Positions 1-10,029 of a stretch of DNA of 64,000 nt are shown here, one piece after another. Both the position numbers and the translations under genes were made by a program. The stretch is from Alphaproteobacteria bacterium (lineage in GTDB: Bacteria; Pseudomonadota; Alphaproteobacteria; MPNO01; UBA830). The notes under the pieces were generated by a model. That model did no database searches and was not told the origin of the DNA. It was given only the letters and a program-made list of their open reading frames with translations. The stretch lies in assembly GCA_965243135.1 (NCBI GenBank), contig OZ251539.1, positions 5,696,001 to 5,760,000 on the forward strand, given 5' to 3'. The stretch's first letter is position 1. The number at the start of each line of letters is the position of its first letter.

Positions 1-1
1 T

Positions 2-571
2 CTGACCGGCGTCCTGACGCCGCCCGACTTCTCGACGTTCTGGACGCAGGCGGCGCAGCAAGGGCTCACGCGGCAGTTGAGGGCCGCGACCATGGCCAAG
101 GCGCTGCTGTTCCCTCCGGCCATCGAAGCGCTGGGCGACCGGGGCCACGGGCTGACGACCGAGATCTGGTGGTCGCCGTCGCATCCGTTCAAATCCGGCC
201 TGACCGGCAAGACGTCGGCGGAGTTCGCAGCCGATTACACCAAGGAGACGGGGCGACAGTGGACCCAGCCTCTCGGTTTCAAGCACGCGAACATCGAGGT
301 CGCGATCGACGTGCTCAGGCGCTGCGGCGACCCGGGGGATCCCGAGGCGATCCTGAACGCGATCGAGAACACGAACTACGAGTCGATCGTAGGCCCCGTC
401 TCGTGGAAGTTCGGCGACCGCCGCAATCCGGTCAAGAACGCCTGCCGGACTCCGCTCGTGGGCGGACAGTGGCGGGCGCAGGGCGGTCGCTTCAAGTACG
501 ATCTGGTCATCGTGGACAACAGCATGGCGAAGGAAATACCGGTGACGAGCGAGATCAGGCCGCTGGCCTGA
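2..571 (+). CDS. Branched-chain amino acid-type ABC transporter substrate-binding protein (5'-truncated by window)
   Basis: Frame is open from nt 2 (LTGVLTPPDFSTFWTQAAQQG...TEIWWSPSHPF...TPLVGGQW); first gene of a livKGFHM-like operon. Confidence 0.85.
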   Translation: MTGVLTPPDFSTFWTQAAQQGLTRQLRAATMAKALLFPPAIEALGDRGHGLTTEIWWSPSHPFKSGLTGKTSAEFAADYTKETGRQWTQPLGFKHANIEVAIDVLRRCGDPGDPEAILNAIENTNYESIVGPVSWKFGDRRNPVKNACRTPLVGGQWRAQGGRFKYDLVIVDNSMAKEIPVTSEIRPLA

Positions 572-599
572 CGGAGTCCGCCGCGGGCGCTCCGGCCGC

Positions 600-1325
600 A
601 TGGCCACCGTCCTCTCCATTCGGGGGCTCTCCAGGAGTTTCGGTTCGCTGCAGGTGATCGACGGCTTCGAACTGGATCTCGCGTCCGGCGAAGCGCTCGG
701 GGTCATCGGCCCGAACGGCGCCGGGAAGAGCACGCTGTTCAACCTGATAACCGGGAATCTCGCTCCCGACGCCGGCGCCATCGCGTTCGACGGCGCCGAC
801 GTGACCTCCATGCCGGTGCACAGGCGTTGCCGGCTGGGCATGGGGCGCTCCTATCAGATACCCCATCCGTTCGGCGGCATGACCGTGTTCGAGAACCTTC
901 TCGTGGGCGCAACGTTCGGGCGCGGCGGGACCGAGGCGGGAAGCTACGGCGTCTGCGCCCGGATCCTCGAGCTTACGGGCCTTGCCGGGAAGGCCAACGT
1001 CCTCGCAGGCGCGCTTACGCTTCTCGAGCGCAAAAGGTTGGAACTGGCCCGCGCGCTTTCGACGGAGCCGCGTCTGCTTCTGCTCGACGAGATCGCGGGC
1101 GGGCTGACGGAACACGAGGTCCAGGAGCTGGTGGAGACCATACGGGAAATCCGCACGCCGCAAATCTCGGTGATCTGGATCGAGCATATCGTCCATGCGC
1201 TGACGTCGGTCGTCGACCGTCTCGTGGTGATCCATTCGGGCAGGAAACTGGACGACGGCGCCCCCGAACGGGTCATCGCCAATCCCGAGGTCCGCGAGGT
1301 CTACATGGGGATCGCCGTCGAATGA
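600..1325 (+). CDS. livG: ABC transporter ATP-binding protein, LivG-like
   Basis: Walker A GPNGAGKST, LLLLDEIAGGLT, IEH switch, C-terminal VREVYMG. Confidence 0.9.
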   Translation: MATVLSIRGLSRSFGSLQVIDGFELDLASGEALGVIGPNGAGKSTLFNLITGNLAPDAGAIAFDGADVTSMPVHRRCRLGMGRSYQIPHPFGGMTVFENLLVGATFGRGGTEAGSYGVCARILELTGLAGKANVLAGALTLLERKRLELARALSTEPRLLLLDEIAGGLTEHEVQELVETIREIRTPQISVIWIEHIVHALTSVVDRLVVIHSGRKLDDGAPERVIANPEVREVYMGIAVE

Positions 1326-2026
1326 GGCTGTTGGACGTTCATCGGCTGGATGCGTTCTACGGAGACTTCCAGGCGCTGTTCGGCGTGGATTTCTCGATCG
1401 ACGAGGGCGACGCCATCGCCATCATCGGCGCCAACGGCGCCGGAAAGTCGACCTTTCTCAAGGCGGTCGCGGGGCTGGTTTCGGCTACCGCCGACAGGCT
1501 CGAATACCGCGGCGGCGCGATCGGGCGCCGCAAGGCCGCGGACATCGTCGGCCTGGGCATCTCGATGGTTCCCGAGGGCCGGCGCCTGTTTTCCAGCCTC
1601 ACAGTGGAAGAGAACCTGCTGGTAGGAGCGCATGCGGACAGGAGCGGCGTGTGGACTCTGGAGGGGGTCTACGGCCTCTTCCCGCGCCTCAGGGACCGCC
1701 GGAGCGTGCCGGCGACTTCGCTGAGCGGCGGCGAACAGCAGATGGCGGCGATCGGCAGGGCGCTTATGGCCAACCCCGAACTGCTGCTGTTCGACGAGTT
1801 GTCGCTCGGCCTCGCGCCCGTGGTAATCAGGGATCTTTACGCGACGCTGTCGCGGATCCGGGCCGAAGGAATGTCCATGGTGGTCGTGGAGCAGGACATC
1901 AGCCAGGCGCTGGCGATTTCCGATCGCGTCTACTGCTTTCAAGAGGGCCGCGTGTCGCTGACCGGGCGTCCTTCGGACTTCAGCCGGGAGCGGATCGTCG
2001 AAGCCTATTTCGGACGCGGCGCATGA
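1322..2026 (+). CDS. livF: ABC transporter ATP-binding protein, LivF-like
   Basis: ATG overlaps the upstream stop (ATGA); GANGAGKST, VPEGRRLF, LSGGEQQM, DELSLGLAP. Confidence 0.9.
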   Translation: MRLLDVHRLDAFYGDFQALFGVDFSIDEGDAIAIIGANGAGKSTFLKAVAGLVSATADRLEYRGGAIGRRKAADIVGLGISMVPEGRRLFSSLTVEENLLVGAHADRSGVWTLEGVYGLFPRLRDRRSVPATSLSGGEQQMAAIGRALMANPELLLFDELSLGLAPVVIRDLYATLSRIRAEGMSMVVVEQDISQALAISDRVYCFQEGRVSLTGRPSDFSRERIVEAYFGRGA

Positions 2027-2895
2027 TCGATTGGGCGAGCACGATCATCAACGGCGTCCTCACCGGCGGCCTCTACGCCATGTTCGCCGCCGGGCTCGCG
2101 ATCATCTTCGGGGTCATGCGGCTGGTGAACATAACGCACGGCGATCTGATCGTGCTGGCCGCCTTCGTCGCCATGGTGGTGATCGAGACGGCCGGCGTGA
2201 ATCCGTTCGTCAGCATGATCGCGGTCCTCCCGGTCATGCTTCTCGCCGGGTACCTGCTGCAGCGGGGAATCCTCAACTACACGCTGGGGGACGATCTGCT
2301 GCCGCCGCTGCTGGTTACGTTCGGCCTGTCCATCATCCTTCAGAACCTGCTGCTGGAGATCTTTTCCGCGGACTCGCAGCGGTTGGACGCCGGGCCGGTC
2401 GAGACCGCGAGCATCGGCATCGCCGACGGTCTCGAGATCGGGCTCTTTCCGCTGATCGTCTTCGCGGTCGCCATACTGATGATCGCGACGGTGCAGGCGG
2501 TATTCAGCCGCACCAGGCTGGGGCGCGCCTTTCGCGCCACTTCGGACGACGCCGAAACCGCGCAGCTCATGGGCATCGACCACAAGCACGTCTATGCGCT
2601 GGCGATGGCGATGTCGCTTCTCCTGGTCGGCATCGCGGGGGTGTTTCTCGGCGTCCGCACCACCTTCGACCCGTCGATCGGCCCCTCGAGGCTGCTGTTC
2701 GCCTTCGAGGCGGTCATCATCGGCGGCCTGGGCTCGATCTGGGGGACGCTGGCGGGGGGCGTGATCCTCGGGCTCGCCCAGAACGTCGGGGCGAAGCTGA
2801 ACCCCGGATGGCAAATTCTGGCTGGCCACCTCGTGTTCCTCGCGATCCTGATCGTCCGGCCGAACGGCCTGTTTCCCAGAACCCGCGATGACTGA
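2023..2895 (+). CDS. livH: ABC transporter permease, LivH-like
   Basis: MIDWASTIINGVLTGGLYAMFAAGLAIIFGVMRLVNITHGD; GRAFRATSDD; IIGGLGS. Confidence 0.9.
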   Translation: MIDWASTIINGVLTGGLYAMFAAGLAIIFGVMRLVNITHGDLIVLAAFVAMVVIETAGVNPFVSMIAVLPVMLLAGYLLQRGILNYTLGDDLLPPLLVTFGLSIILQNLLLEIFSADSQRLDAGPVETASIGIADGLEIGLFPLIVFAVAILMIATVQAVFSRTRLGRAFRATSDDAETAQLMGIDHKHVYALAMAMSLLLVGIAGVFLGVRTTFDPSIGPSRLLFAFEAVIIGGLGSIWGTLAGGVILGLAQNVGAKLNPGWQILAGHLVFLAILIVRPNGLFPRTRDD

Positions 2896-3913
2896 CGGCT
2901 CCCCGGGGATCTCGGTAACGCGCTCGACGCGCGCGAGCCGGGCGGGCGCGATCGCCGCCCTCGTTCTCGTCGGCATCCTGATCGCGGGGCCGTACTGGCT
3001 TTCCCGCGCGGACGCGCGCCTCATGGTGGAGGTCTTTTATTTCCTCGCGCTGGCCCAGATGTGGAATCTGCTGGCCGGATACGGCGGCCTGGTATCGGTG
3101 GGCCAGCAAGCCTTCCTCGGCCTGGGCGGATATCTGCTGTTCATCCTCGCCATCCATTTCGGGGTCGGCGCGCTGTGGACGGTGCCGCTGGCCGGGCTGA
3201 TCGGCGCCGTCGTTTCCCTGCCCGTCGCGTTCCTGGTTTTCCGGCTTCGCGGCCATTACTTCGCCATCGGCACCTGGGTCGTCGCCGAGGTGTTTCTGCT
3301 CGGCTTCGCGCAGGTCAAGTCGCTCGGCGGGGGGTCCGGGATGAGCCTGCCGATTTCGGCCATCCGTTCGATCGCGGACAGCCGGGCCGACCGGGAATTC
3401 GCCGTGTACTGGGCGGCCCTCGCCGTGGCCGTCGCGGCGGTCGCGGGGATCTATCTCCTGCTCAAGTCGCGGCACGGCCTTGCCCTGACCGCGATCCGGG
3501 ATTCCGAGGAGGCGTCGCGCAGTCTCGGGGTCGACAATTTCCGCACGAAGCTGACGGTATACGTCATCGCGGCGTTCGGAACGGCGGCGATCGGCGCGTT
3601 GATCTATCTGACCAAGCTCCGCATAAGCCCTTCGGCCGCGTTCGACCTCAACTGGACCACCACGGTCATATTCATCGTGGTGATCGGCGGCATCGGAACC
3701 ATCGAAGGGCCGATCGTCGGCACCGTCATATTCTTCCTGTTGCGCGAGCCGCTTTCGCATCTGGGAAGCTGGTACCTGATCCTGTTGGGCGCTATCGCGG
3801 TCGTCATCATGTTGAAGTCGCCGCAAGGAATCTGGGGGATGGTCGCGAGGCGTTACGATCTCCACTTCTTTCCGGTTCAGCGCCGGGTTCGGGATCCGGA
3901 ATCCGCGCCGTGA
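2888..3913 (+). CDS. livM: ABC transporter permease, LivM-like
   Basis: WNLLAGYGGLVSVGQQAF, RLRGHYFAIGT, AIRDSE, IGGIGTIEGP. Confidence 0.9.
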   Translation: MTDGSPGISVTRSTRASRAGAIAALVLVGILIAGPYWLSRADARLMVEVFYFLALAQMWNLLAGYGGLVSVGQQAFLGLGGYLLFILAIHFGVGALWTVPLAGLIGAVVSLPVAFLVFRLRGHYFAIGTWVVAEVFLLGFAQVKSLGGGSGMSLPISAIRSIADSRADREFAVYWAALAVAVAAVAGIYLLLKSRHGLALTAIRDSEEASRSLGVDNFRTKLTVYVIAAFGTAAIGALIYLTKLRISPSAAFDLNWTTTVIFIVVIGGIGTIEGPIVGTVIFFLLREPLSHLGSWYLILLGAIAVVIMLKSPQGIWGMVARRYDLHFFPVQRRVRDPESAP

Positions 3914-4034
3914 CGAGGCACGTCGTCCGGACGGCGGAAGCGGGACGCTCGCGGGCGGCGCGCGCCGGTTCCGTCCCGAAACGCGCGGCCGGCGGAGAAC
4001 GGCGGCCGGCAGGCGTCGCGAAGCGCCCGGGCGA

Positions 4035-5219
4035 ATGACGGACGCGCTGGAAATCAGGGACGAGGCGGAGCGGGCGGCGGCTCTGGAGAAGCGGGCGAAC
4101 GACCTTCTTCCGGTTCTGGAAGCGCGCGCGGCCGAGACCGAGAGCCTTCGCCGGCTGCCTGACGCCACCGTCGCCGATCTCGCGTCGGCGGGATTGTCCC
4201 GGCTTTGCCAACCACGGAAATACGGCGGCGCGGAACTGCCTCTGGACCGCGCGGTCCGCATCGTCGCCGCGGTGGCACGGGGCTGCGGGTCGTCGGGGTG
4301 GATCTGCGCCGTCCATTCGGATCATTCGATTCTCCTGAGCATGTTTTCCGGCGAAGCGGCGGAGGACGTCTGGGGCGAAAAACCGGAAGCCGTGATTTCC
4401 GCCGGGCTTCGCCCGACGGGCCGCGTCGAGCGGGTTTCCGGCGGCTGGAGACTCTCGGGCGAGTGGGGATGGGTCAGCGGCTGCGATTTCGCCGACTGGT
4501 TTCTTCTGGCGGCCATGGCGCCGGTCGGGCGGACGGGCGCGACGCACACTTTCTTTCTCGTTCCGAGGCGCGAGGCGACGATCGAGGACAACTGGCGCGT
4601 GATGGGCCTGCGGGGGACCGGCAGCAAGAACGTGGTTGTCGGAGAAAGTTTCGTGCCCGATCACCGGACGCTTCCGCGCCCGCTCGCCAACGGAGGCGCC
4701 GAGGCCCGGGGAAACGGGGAGACGCGCCCGTTGTACCGCTTGCCTCACGTGACCGCGGTGCCGTTTTTCTTCAACGGCGTAGGCTTGGGAATCGCCGAGA
4801 GCATGTTCTGCGCCGTCAGCGACCGGATTGCGAACGGCGAGGGCGCGAAACTCGTTCCCGCGCGGGCTCTTCAGGCCGGAGTCGCCGAGGCGGCGGCGGA
4901 AATCGATTGCGCGCGCTTGTTGATCGAACGCGACACGTCGGAGACCATGGCGGCGATGCGCGCTGGCCGTCCGCTGACCATGGGGGAGAAGGCGCGCAAC
5001 CGCCGCGACCAGTCCTACGCCGGCCGGTTATGCAGGAGCGCCGTCGAGAGGCTGCAGAGCATGGCGGGGGCCGGCGCGATATTCGACGACCGCGCGGCGC
5101 AGCGGAAATTCCGCGATATGCATGCCGTCGCTGGCCATTACGTTCAGAGCTGGGACATCGCCGGGACGACTTTCGGCGAGGTCGCTTTCGGTCTGGAGCC
5201 GACCTCGCCCCACATCTGA
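4035..5219 (+). CDS. Flavin-dependent monooxygenase, acyl-CoA dehydrogenase fold (HsaA/hydroxylase-like oxygenase component)
   Basis: QPRKYGG, CGSSGW, GEWGWVSGCDFADW, DNWRVMGLRGTGS, QRKFRD. Confidence 0.8.
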   Translation: MTDALEIRDEAERAAALEKRANDLLPVLEARAAETESLRRLPDATVADLASAGLSRLCQPRKYGGAELPLDRAVRIVAAVARGCGSSGWICAVHSDHSILLSMFSGEAAEDVWGEKPEAVISAGLRPTGRVERVSGGWRLSGEWGWVSGCDFADWFLLAAMAPVGRTGATHTFFLVPRREATIEDNWRVMGLRGTGSKNVVVGESFVPDHRTLPRPLANGGAEARGNGETRPLYRLPHVTAVPFFFNGVGLGIAESMFCAVSDRIANGEGAKLVPARALQAGVAEAAAEIDCARLLIERDTSETMAAMRAGRPLTMGEKARNRRDQSYAGRLCRSAVERLQSMAGAGAIFDDRAAQRKFRDMHAVAGHYVQSWDIAGTTFGEVAFGLEPTSPHI

Positions 5220-5364
5220 CCGACGGCGTTGTCGGGCGGACTTTGCCGCGAGGGAGATTTTCGCAAGAGTTTTCACGGGGAGTCCCGCAGCAGGCGCGAA
5301 ACGATCGCTTCGGCAACGCGGCGTCCCGTATTTTGTCCCTCTGCACCCGGCACCGGACGGCGGT

Positions 5365-6912
5365 TCAGACGGTCTCGAACCTGAAATCCACGATGTTGCG
5401 TTCTTCCCGGCCGAACTCGATCCCGATCAGGTGGACCGGCACGCCCGGACGCCGATATTTGTCCGCGTAGCCGCGTTCCCGTATCTGCGCCAGCGCCCGC
5501 CCTTCCGGCTTCCCGTCCGCGACCTTGAACTCGAACAGGTAGACGCCGCCGTCGTACAGAACCGTCAGGTCCGAGCGGCCGCGCGCCGTGCTCTCCTCCG
5601 CGCGGACGTCCATCCCCGCCGCCACGAAGTGCGAGTAGAGCACGCTCGCGTAGTGCGCCTCGTAGCCGGCCATGCCCGTGTTCGCGTACCACTCGTTCGG
5701 GATGCTCGCCAGCAACGTTCGGAACTGCCGCTCGAGGCCCGCGAAGTCGTTCGCGCGCATCAGGCGGCGCAGCTCCTGGCTCTCCGCCGCGACCGCGACG
5801 CCCGGTGCCATCGTCTGCAGCAGGAGCTCGTTCAGGCTGCGCTTCACCTCCTGGTTCGGGTAGTCCAGCCGATAGAGGAGCGCGTCCCCGTCCCGCTTCT
5901 CGTCGGCGATGGTCAGATAACCGGTCTGGAACAAAAACGTCTCGACGGGAATGCGGTCGACGTCGAGAGCCGACAGCAGCGTGGCGTTCGTGACCGCGCC
6001 CTCCAGGTCCGGCGCCGATACCCGGCGCCGCGCCAGAAGATCGGCGAGGAAGGTCGGCGTGCCGGTCTGGAACCAGTGCTCCTCGAACTCGCGCGTTTCG
6101 AAGAGAAGGAGAATGTCGAACGGGTTGTAGACTCTCTCCGGCCCGCGCCAATTGTAGCCGTTGTACCAGCGCCGGACCTTGTTCCGGTCCAGGCCCTCGA
6201 GTTCCGGGGCGAAGACCGCATCCAGTTCGTCGTCCGTGTAGCCGCAGATGGCGCCGAAACGCGGATCGAGGGTGATGTCGCGCAGGTTGTTCAGGCCCGA
6301 GAAAATGCCCGCCCGCGAGAATCTGCTCACCCCCGTCAGGAAAACGAAACGGAGCTGCCTGTCGCAGGCCTTGATCACCCCGTACAGGCTGCGCAGAAAG
6401 TCGCGGTTGGCCAGCGCCAGTTCCCGGTCGCCGAGCGCGTCCAGGATCGGCTTGTCGTATTCGTCGACCAGAACGACCACCTGCTGTCCGGTGCGCTCGT
6501 GCAGGGCCTCGATCAATTCCCAGAAACGAATCGACGCCTCGACGGATCCCGGTTCGAGGCCGGCGCGCCTCTCCGTCGCCGCCAGCTGCGCTTCCACGGT
6601 TACGCGAACTCCGTCCTGCGCGAGGAAATCGCCCCCTCTGCTGAAATCCAGCCGCACGACCGGATAGCGCGCCGACCAGTCCCACCCGTCGTGCACGGCG
6701 AAGCCCCGGAACAACTCCTCGCTTCCCTCGAACAACTCCTGCAGCGTGTCCACCAGCAGGCTCTTGCCGAACCGGCGCGGACGCGACAGGAAATTGTACT
6801 TGCCCCTCTCGACGAGACGGCGCACATGGTCCGTCTTGTCGACGTAGTAGCAGTCCATTTTCCGGATCTCCCGGAGGGAGGTCATCCCGGTCGGAAGCAT
6901 GCGTCTTTCCAT
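5365..6912 (-). CDS. AAA-ATPase-like + PD-(D/E)XK nuclease protein (PF09820/PF08011-type), paralog A
   Basis: YYVDKT, Walker A RPRRFGKS, Walker B VLVDEYD, FLTGVS, WYNGY, LFQTGYLT, GRSD..FEFK..AQIRERGY; start chosen from the promoter conserved in all paralogs. Confidence 0.88.
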   Translation of the reverse strand: MERRMLPTGMTSLREIRKMDCYYVDKTDHVRRLVERGKYNFLSRPRRFGKSLLVDTLQELFEGSEELFRGFAVHDGWDWSARYPVVRLDFSRGGDFLAQDGVRVTVEAQLAATERRAGLEPGSVEASIRFWELIEALHERTGQQVVVLVDEYDKPILDALGDRELALANRDFLRSLYGVIKACDRQLRFVFLTGVSRFSRAGIFSGLNNLRDITLDPRFGAICGYTDDELDAVFAPELEGLDRNKVRRWYNGYNWRGPERVYNPFDILLLFETREFEEHWFQTGTPTFLADLLARRRVSAPDLEGAVTNATLLSALDVDRIPVETFLFQTGYLTIADEKRDGDALLYRLDYPNQEVKRSLNELLLQTMAPGVAVAAESQELRRLMRANDFAGLERQFRTLLASIPNEWYANTGMAGYEAHYASVLYSHFVAAGMDVRAEESTARGRSDLTVLYDGGVYLFEFKVADGKPEGRALAQIRERGYADKYRRPGVPVHLIGIEFGREERNIVDFRFETV

Positions 6913-6918
6913 TCGACA

Positions 6919-6948
6919 AGAATAGGCCGCCGCAACGGAAACGGTCAA
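6919..6948 (-). promoter_or_regulatory. sigma70-type leaderless promoter of paralog A
   Basis: TTGACC-18nt-TATTCT-6nt-ATG; same architecture upstream of all five paralogs. Confidence 0.6.
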
Positions 6949-7093
6949 TTTATTTCAAACGCGTCACGCCATTTTTTGCCGGCTGCCGTCCGCTCGGCGC
7001 CCTGCGGACGGGCCGCACGGCGGGCAGGCCAAGAGTCGCGCGCCCCGACCTAACGTGCAGCCGCCTCGACGGCCGCGCGGATGGACATGCATG

Positions 7094-7133
7094 GTAAGCG
7101 TTCGGTTGTGGGGTGACGGGGAGGTAAGCGTTC
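7094..7133. mobile_element. Probable IS66-type terminal sequence remnant
   Basis: GTAAGCGTTCGG start (IS66 ends begin GTAA); 24 nt match the end at 31867-31890 at 21 of 24 positions; second GTAAGCGTTC at 7124. Confidence 0.4.
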
Positions 7134-7349
7134 AGGATCTCTCTCAGGTCGCTTTCGAGAGGACGACCCGTGGCGGCAGGAGCCGGGAGAAGAGGTGCGA
7201 CAGCCTCCCATTCCGCATTCGTAAGGTCGCTCGCCCCGTCTTTCGAGCATACTTCTCTCGGGTGGCCTTGTCCCAAGGCATGGCGGCCTCCACGGGTTAC
7301 GGTACCTTGTGGATACCACAAGGCCACCCGATAGTTTTCAATCAGGCTC
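7128..7349 (-). mobile_element. IS5-family (IS1031-like) left end and truncated transposase N-terminus
   Basis: GAGCCTGATTGAAAA end; MPWDKATREKYAR../SDLTNAEWEAVAPLLPAPAATGRP..DLREILNA, frameshifted and truncated. Confidence 0.7.
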
Positions 7350-7623
7350 TTACTGCGAGACGGACTTTGGTGGTTGCCGCGCTCGCCGGAGTCTTTGCCC
7401 TGCTGGTGCCGGAAAGGCGCGCAGCGGCGGCGTGAGTCGCCGCCGTGCGTCCGCCAGCCTTGCGCTGCCCGGCGGCAGCGCTCGCGCCCGCCCGACCGGT
7501 AAGCGCCTGAAGCGTAGCGGGAATGCGCCTCCGCGCTTTTCCCCGGCCGCCCGTGCCGCCGCGGAAACTGTCGGCTGCTTGTCGCGCGACGCGGCACGGG
7601 ACAGGCCTGCCGCCGCCGACTTC

Positions 7624-7652
7624 TTGACGGCTCCGGCGCAGCGGCCTAATCT
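7624..7652 (+). promoter_or_regulatory. sigma70-type leaderless promoter of paralog B
   Basis: TTGACG-17nt-TAATCT-6nt-ATG. Confidence 0.65.
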
Positions 7653-7658
7653 CTTCCG

Positions 7659-9188
7659 ATGGCGAAACGCATGCTTCCGATCGGCTTGACTTCTCTCCGG
7701 AAAATCCGGGGGATGGACTGCTACTACGTCGACAAGACGGACCATATCCGCCGCCTTGTCGAGGGTGGTCAATATTATTTTCTGTCGCGTCCGCGCCGGT
7801 TCGGCAAGACCCTGCTGGTGGATACGCTGCAGGAGCTGTTCGAAGGAAGCGAGGAGTTGTTTCGGGGCCTCGCCGTGCACGGCAAGTGGGACTGGTCGAT
7901 ACGTCATCCTGTCGTGCGGATCAGCTTCGGCGGGGGCAATTTCGACTCCCCGGACCTCGTTCGGGGAAACGTGGAAGACCAGTTGGAGGAAACGGAGCGG
8001 CTGGCCGGCCTCGAACCGGGGCCCGCCGGGGCGGCGGTCCGTTTCCGGCACCTGATAAGGACGCTGCACGAGCGCGCCGGGCAGCGGACGGTCGTTCTGG
8101 TGGACGAATACGACAAGCCGATTCTGGACGCGCTCGGCGACCGGGAACTGGCGGCGGCCAACCGCGACTTCCTGCGCGGCTTCTACGCGATGATCAAGGA
8201 CTGCGACAGGCATCTCCGTTTCGTTTTCCTGACGGGGGTGAGCAAGTTATCAGGCCTGTTCTCTGGCCTGAACAACCTGAACGACATCACGCTGGACGAA
8301 CGCTACGGCGACATCTGCGGCTGCACCGACGCGGAGCTGGACGCGGTCTTCGCCCCTGAACTCGAGGGCCTGGACCGGGACGAAATCCGCCGCTGGTACA
8401 ACGGCTACAACTGGCTCGGACCGGAGAGGGTCTACAACCCGTTCGGCCTCCTGCTGCTGTTCGACAAACGCAAGCTCGGCAACTACTGGTTCCATAGCGG
8501 CACGCCGACCTTCCTGGTCGAGACGCTGGCGCGCCGCAACCTGCCCACTCCCCGCCTGGACGGCATGATCGGCAGCGAGAGCCTGCTCTCGGCCTTCGAC
8601 GTGGACAGGATCTCGGTCGAGGCGCTTCTGTTCCAGACCGGCTACCTCACCATCGCCGGCGAAGAGGGCGGGCGCTACCGGCTAGGCTACCCGAACCTCG
8701 AGGTGCGCCAGAGCCTGGGCGAGGCCCTGCTGGAAGAACTGCTCCCGGCCGAGGCCCGCGAGGAGACGGAGAACCTGCGGCTGGGCGAATTGCTGGCGGC
8801 GAACGACTTCAAGCGTCTCGAAACCCTGTTCCGCGGCATTTTCGCCGCCATCCCGCACCAGTGGTACATGAACAGCCCGGTCGCGAAGTACGAAGCCCAT
8901 TACGCGAGCGTCATCCACAGCTGCTTCCTGATGGAGGGCGTCGAGCCGGTGGCCGAGGACAGCGGCAGCCGGGGGCGGGCCGACATGGCGATCCGCGCCG
9001 GCGGGCGCGTCTACCTGTTCGAGTTCAAGGTGGTGGAGCGCGGGCGGGAGGGGGTCGCGCTCGCGCAGCTGCGGGAGAAGGGCTATGCGGACAAGTACCG
9101 CCGTCTCGGACGTTCGGTCCACCTGATCGGGGTGGAGTTCAGCCGCGAGGAGCGCAACGTCGTCGGCTTCGATTGCGAGGCCGCCTGA
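7659..9188 (+). CDS. AAA-ATPase-like + PD-(D/E)XK nuclease protein, paralog B
   Basis: Same motif set (RPRRFGKT, DEYDKP, GRAD..FEFK..AQLREKGY). Confidence 0.88.
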   Translation: MAKRMLPIGLTSLRKIRGMDCYYVDKTDHIRRLVEGGQYYFLSRPRRFGKTLLVDTLQELFEGSEELFRGLAVHGKWDWSIRHPVVRISFGGGNFDSPDLVRGNVEDQLEETERLAGLEPGPAGAAVRFRHLIRTLHERAGQRTVVLVDEYDKPILDALGDRELAAANRDFLRGFYAMIKDCDRHLRFVFLTGVSKLSGLFSGLNNLNDITLDERYGDICGCTDAELDAVFAPELEGLDRDEIRRWYNGYNWLGPERVYNPFGLLLLFDKRKLGNYWFHSGTPTFLVETLARRNLPTPRLDGMIGSESLLSAFDVDRISVEALLFQTGYLTIAGEEGGRYRLGYPNLEVRQSLGEALLEELLPAEAREETENLRLGELLAANDFKRLETLFRGIFAAIPHQWYMNSPVAKYEAHYASVIHSCFLMEGVEPVAEDSGSRGRADMAIRAGGRVYLFEFKVVERGREGVALAQLREKGYADKYRRLGRSVHLIGVEFSREERNVVGFDCEAA

Positions 9189-9344
9189 ACGGCTTCCCGA
9201 CACGGCCGCCTCCGCGAAAGAACGCCGCCCGCGACGCGGGTTCTGCCTGCGGCGGCCGCCGGTTCCGCCGGTTCGTCGCACGGCTTGACGAGCCGCCCGG
9301 CCGAGGAAGCCGCGTCCGGCGGCGTCTCCCTGCAGGCGCTCCTG

Positions 9345-9900
9345 CCCTGTCATCACAAATCCTCTTCTGAACTGAGCAGGGGTGCGATCTCCCCGATTTC
9401 TTGATTTCCGCCCTCGTATGCCTGACGATAGCCGGCGAGACGGGAATAATCCTGCCAGATTTTCTGATGCCGGTCGGCGGGTTGCGGTTGCGGTAGCCGG
9501 CGGCGACGATCAGCAACGCCGCTTTGAGCGTCCCCGGCTTCGGCGTTCTCGGCAGTTTCGTCGCGTAGTCTTCGATAACGAGCAGTTCCATGTCCGAGAA
9601 CATGAGCTTGGCGGGCTGTCCGGCGTCTCGCGCGCCAGCAGGGCCATGATGCGCCAGACTGCGTTGATCACGCGCTCGAGACGGGCTGCGGTGCGGTGGC
9701 CCGTTTCTTCGACCTTGCATCCGGACTTCAGCGCGCGATGCCAGTCTGCGCCACCTCAGGGCATACCAACCCACGACCCGCATGGCGTCTTCGACAGACG
9801 AAACGGCGACCGCGGTGAGCAGGAATCACCGGTTTGGCGCCGCGGCTTCGGCTCGCTGAACGATCTGAACGGGAAGCGGCGCGGTTCCGCCCGACATTGG
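9345..9900 (-). mobile_element. IS4-family (IS50/Tn5-like) transposase remnant, C-terminal part
   Basis: FLLT..V..EDAMRVVGWYALRW, LKSGCKVEE in another frame, PAKLMFSDMELLVI..TLKAALLIVAAGYRNRNPP; multiple frameshifts. Confidence 0.65.
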
Positions 9901-10029
9901 CGGCAGCAGGACGGTCCGGTAAGCGTCGCCCGGTCGAACGCGGGAGCTGCCGACAGCAATTTTTTGCGGAAGCAACTACCGAAACGCTCGAACGGGACCA
10001 TCGAACTCGTCCGCTGGCGGTTCCCGGCT